Part shown: in pieces, positions 48,677-51,351 of the stretch
Layout: each line of letters begins with the position of its first letter
Numbering within the stretch: position 1 is the stretch's first letter
Source of the DNA: Raillietiella orientalis
Lineage: Eukaryota
DNA: 51,351 nucleotides
NCBI GenBank assembly: GCA_036172245.1
Contig: JAYWIR010000054.1
Location: forward strand, 930,001-981,351
Reading direction: 5' to 3'
The notes under the pieces: model-generated
The model's database searches: none
Told to the model about the DNA's origin: nothing
Seen by the model: the letters and a program-made list of their open reading frames with translations, nothing else
Position numbers and translations under genes: made by a program

Positions 48677-49515
48677 TCGAATGCCTTATGGAGGTCGACT
48701 GCGATCGCTAAGGCCCCCTTCCCCGCATGAGGGTCCCTATTTTGTACCACTGGCGGCCCCGAAGTAGGGTTGCAAATTTTCCCTTTCTCTTCTTTCTTAC
48801 TTCGCTGTGCGTGCATCCATGTGCTCGGGAAGAAGAGGTTGTCCTCCATACTTCGCCCGGGAACAGCGTAAGTCTGCTGCGAGCTAATTACGGAATTGGA
48901 AACCTGCCCCAATCGCGACGCTTACAGCCCGGGAATCAACTTGGCGTACGTGTTCACAATCGTGATCGGACGCCAGTTGCAAAGTTTCCAGAGGTCTCCT
49001 TCTTTCGTGAGGAGCCTCACCCTGGCTGACCGAAACGAGGAAGAAACATCGCCTTCGTCTCTGATTCGCCTTGTCAACTCGAGCACCAGGGAAGTCAGCT
49101 ATTTCGCGAAACTCTAGAAGAACTCCGCGGGCAAACTGTCATCCCCTGGCGCCTTACGCCTCTTGAGCCTTTTGATACCGTCGAGAATTTCACCGGTCGC
49201 GAAAGGCTCATCGAGGCTTTATCTCTCCTCGTCCCCTATCTCCACGGAACCACTCATGAGCAATCGCCGCGAGGCGTCTTGTTCGGGTGGTGTTTTGGCG
49301 TTAAGGAAGGAATAAAAACACCGCACAAGATTCCGTACCGCAGACGGGGACGAACGTTCCCAGCCCAGGTCATCCAGCATGCTGTCTGACCCGGATTGCA
49401 AGGCTTTTCGCTGGGCTCCGGCGCGGTATTAGGCCAGGCGACAGACATTGGGGTTCCTCTCGTGACGACGAGCGTGCAAATACGCGCGTTCGTTGCGAGC
49501 TTCTCCGCCGAATCC
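48677..49515 (-). mobile_element. Element B, middle part (linker GFG to DLHKAFD)
   Basis: GFGGEARNERAYL...KAPGDD...QTYAVPGRSMEDNLFF...GALAIAVDLHKAFD. Confidence 0.9.
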
Positions 49516-49617
49516 CCGCTGTGGAGAGCGGACGTGCTTTTCCTGCGCTATGCCTGCGTGGCAAAGCGAGTGTTTTCTCTTCTTAAGTGATTTGTGCGTG
49601 CACATCGTCGGTGTCCG

Positions 49618-51351
49618 ATGGCAGCGTTGCCAGAGGACACCGCGATGGAAGTAGGCGTGATGGAGGCTTGTTCGTCCCCACAGCCTACTGGATCAGGGGC
49701 ATCCGCCCCTGAATCGTCCCCGGCGACGCCGAGGTCCTGGAGCGCCATGGTGGCCGCGCCTAGCGTGGAAGCCATGGCCGAGATGGAAGCAAACAAGAAA
49801 GCGGGGTATAAACCCTCGCTAGTCTACAAGGTAGGCAACCTTTTCGATGGGAGAACTGCACGCGCCTTTACGAAGGCGCTGCAGGACGCCAATATTTTTG
49901 AAAAAGATCTCGACGGCCTCTGCGTCCTCAGCGGCGGGCAGCGGGTCGAGGTGGTATGCAAGGTTATCACCTTGGCCCGACACCTGATCACCGACCCGCT
50001 GATCGTTGATGGTCGGAAGATCTTGCCGATAACGATGGACCGCTCGGTGGTGGTCCATCTCACTGGGATCTCAAGTCGCATGACGAGGTCAGCGGTTCGA
50101 GAACAGCTTCAAAAGCACGGACAAGTGCACGCGTTGTGGCCGAAGTCCACGATTTTCCAACGCTACAATAGCCTTTTCGGAGGTCAAGCTGCGGCGCGTA
50201 TCACGGTAAAAGAGGGTGGTGCGCTTCCCCATAAGCTGGAGGTCTGCCAAGAAGCGGTGGACCTCTGGTACGTGGGAAAACGCCAATTTTGTGGCTACTG
50301 CAATGCAGTAGGACATCTACGAAAAAGGTGCCCGAACATTGTGTGCCACCTATGCGGCGAAAAGTGTCACGTTCGGCGCGTGTGCCCCAAGCGCCCCACC
50401 CCGGTGCCCCCTGCCGCCAAAAAGGCGCAGGGAAAACGTGGAAAGCTGGTAGAAAGACCAGCTCACGAAAATGGCCGTTCCCAACTGCCAGCCTCCCTTC
50501 CTCCCGTACAGACGTCGGAGGAAATAGCTCCCGTGGACGCGGGAATGGAGGAGGGTTGACAGCTGGTTCAGGCCAGAAGAGAGAAAAAAAAGAAAGTGAT
50601 GATAGAAGAAAATTCGGAAAAGAAAACTGCCGGCAACAAGAAAAAAGCCGCTCCGCTTTCAAAAAAAAAACTCCGCGAATGCTCGGTGGCACTGGAACGC
50701 TTAGCCGTTCCTGCCGAGTCCGCCCGCGGCAATGTTCGCGGAACAGCTGATGCGGACGCGATGAATACTCGCGTGGACGAGCCCAATCTACGTGTAGAGG
50801 GTGAGACGCGAGACTCGCGCGCCGACAGCCAGGACGCCGCGCTCGATAAAGTCGCGGAGGAGCCCGCGGCAACGTTCGGCGTCAACGATGACGCCGCGCT
50901 CGATAAGGTCGCGGAGCAGCCCGCGGCAACGGTCGCCGCTGGCGAAGACGCGGCCTTCGAGAAAGCGGCGGAGGAGCTCGCAGCAACGCTCGCCGAGCGC
51001 GAAACCCCGTCGCGCAAGGGCGTACGCAGGTCGGCTCCGACGAAGAAGGCACCCGCAGGTGAGTGCGACCTGGGGGCCGGTAGCGGATCCTCCTCCTCGG
51101 AGGCACCCCCCAGGAAGTCGGGACGCAAGTCCCAGAAACCCAGGAGGCGCCTCCCCTCCACCAGCGAGGAGGAGAAACCAGAAGGAAGCGGCAGCGTGGG
51201 AATCCCGTAGTGGGAATACCCACGCCCGGAAGCCGTCGAGTCGGCCACCCCCATGGAGGAGGGAGAGCAGGGCGGTGAAGTCCTCCCTGCAGTCGCGAAA
51301 CCTGAGCAGCCCGAACCCATGGAGGAAGGCGACCAGGTAGGCGCGACTCCA
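49618..51351 (+). pseudogene. D ORF1 (two CCHC knuckles; in-frame stops at 50557 and 51208)
   Basis: MAALPEDTAMEV...CGYCNAVGHLRKRC..CHLCGEKCHVRRVC. Confidence 0.88.
50833..50988 (+). repeat. In-frame 57-bp tandem repeat x3 (DAALDKVAEEPAAT-type)
   Basis: Units start at 50833, 50890 and 50947. Confidence 0.9.

Larger units (their letters stand above)
49516..51351 (+). mobile_element. Element D 5' part (runs off the right edge), inserted antisense at the linker site of B
   Basis: Preceded by CGCCGAATCC (49506-49515). 5' motif GCGGACGTGCTTT. ORF1 is homologous to C. Confidence 0.92.

Overview
Eukaryotic genomic window. About 70% of it (1-11.7 kb and 26.7-51.35 kb) is a nested mass of GC-rich non-LTR retrotransposons of L1/Tx1-type architecture: ORF1 with two CCHC zinc knuckles, and ORF2 with APE endonuclease, RT and a C-terminal Cys/His finger. 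There are about 20 copies or fragments from several related families, mostly pseudogenised. These flank an AT-rich island (11.7-26.7 kb) with no recognisable retroelements. The island holds a ~720-bp-arm palindrome and an inverted, triplicated, probably intron-containing host gene family. The main result is that the retroelements are inserted into each other, antisense, at recurring positions. Family 'A' sits three times in the codons of the RT 'KAFD' motif of three different host elements. Families 'B/C/D' sit five times at the 'GGATTCGGCG' (PPGFG) site of the APE-RT linker. Both sites show ~10-11-bp duplications. The 3' ends seen here have no poly(A) tail; they end in AATAAA, a covarying stem-loop, then usually GTG plus 4 nt. 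Family letters are my own labels. Boundaries of degenerate fragments are approximate and were read by eye; no database searches were run.
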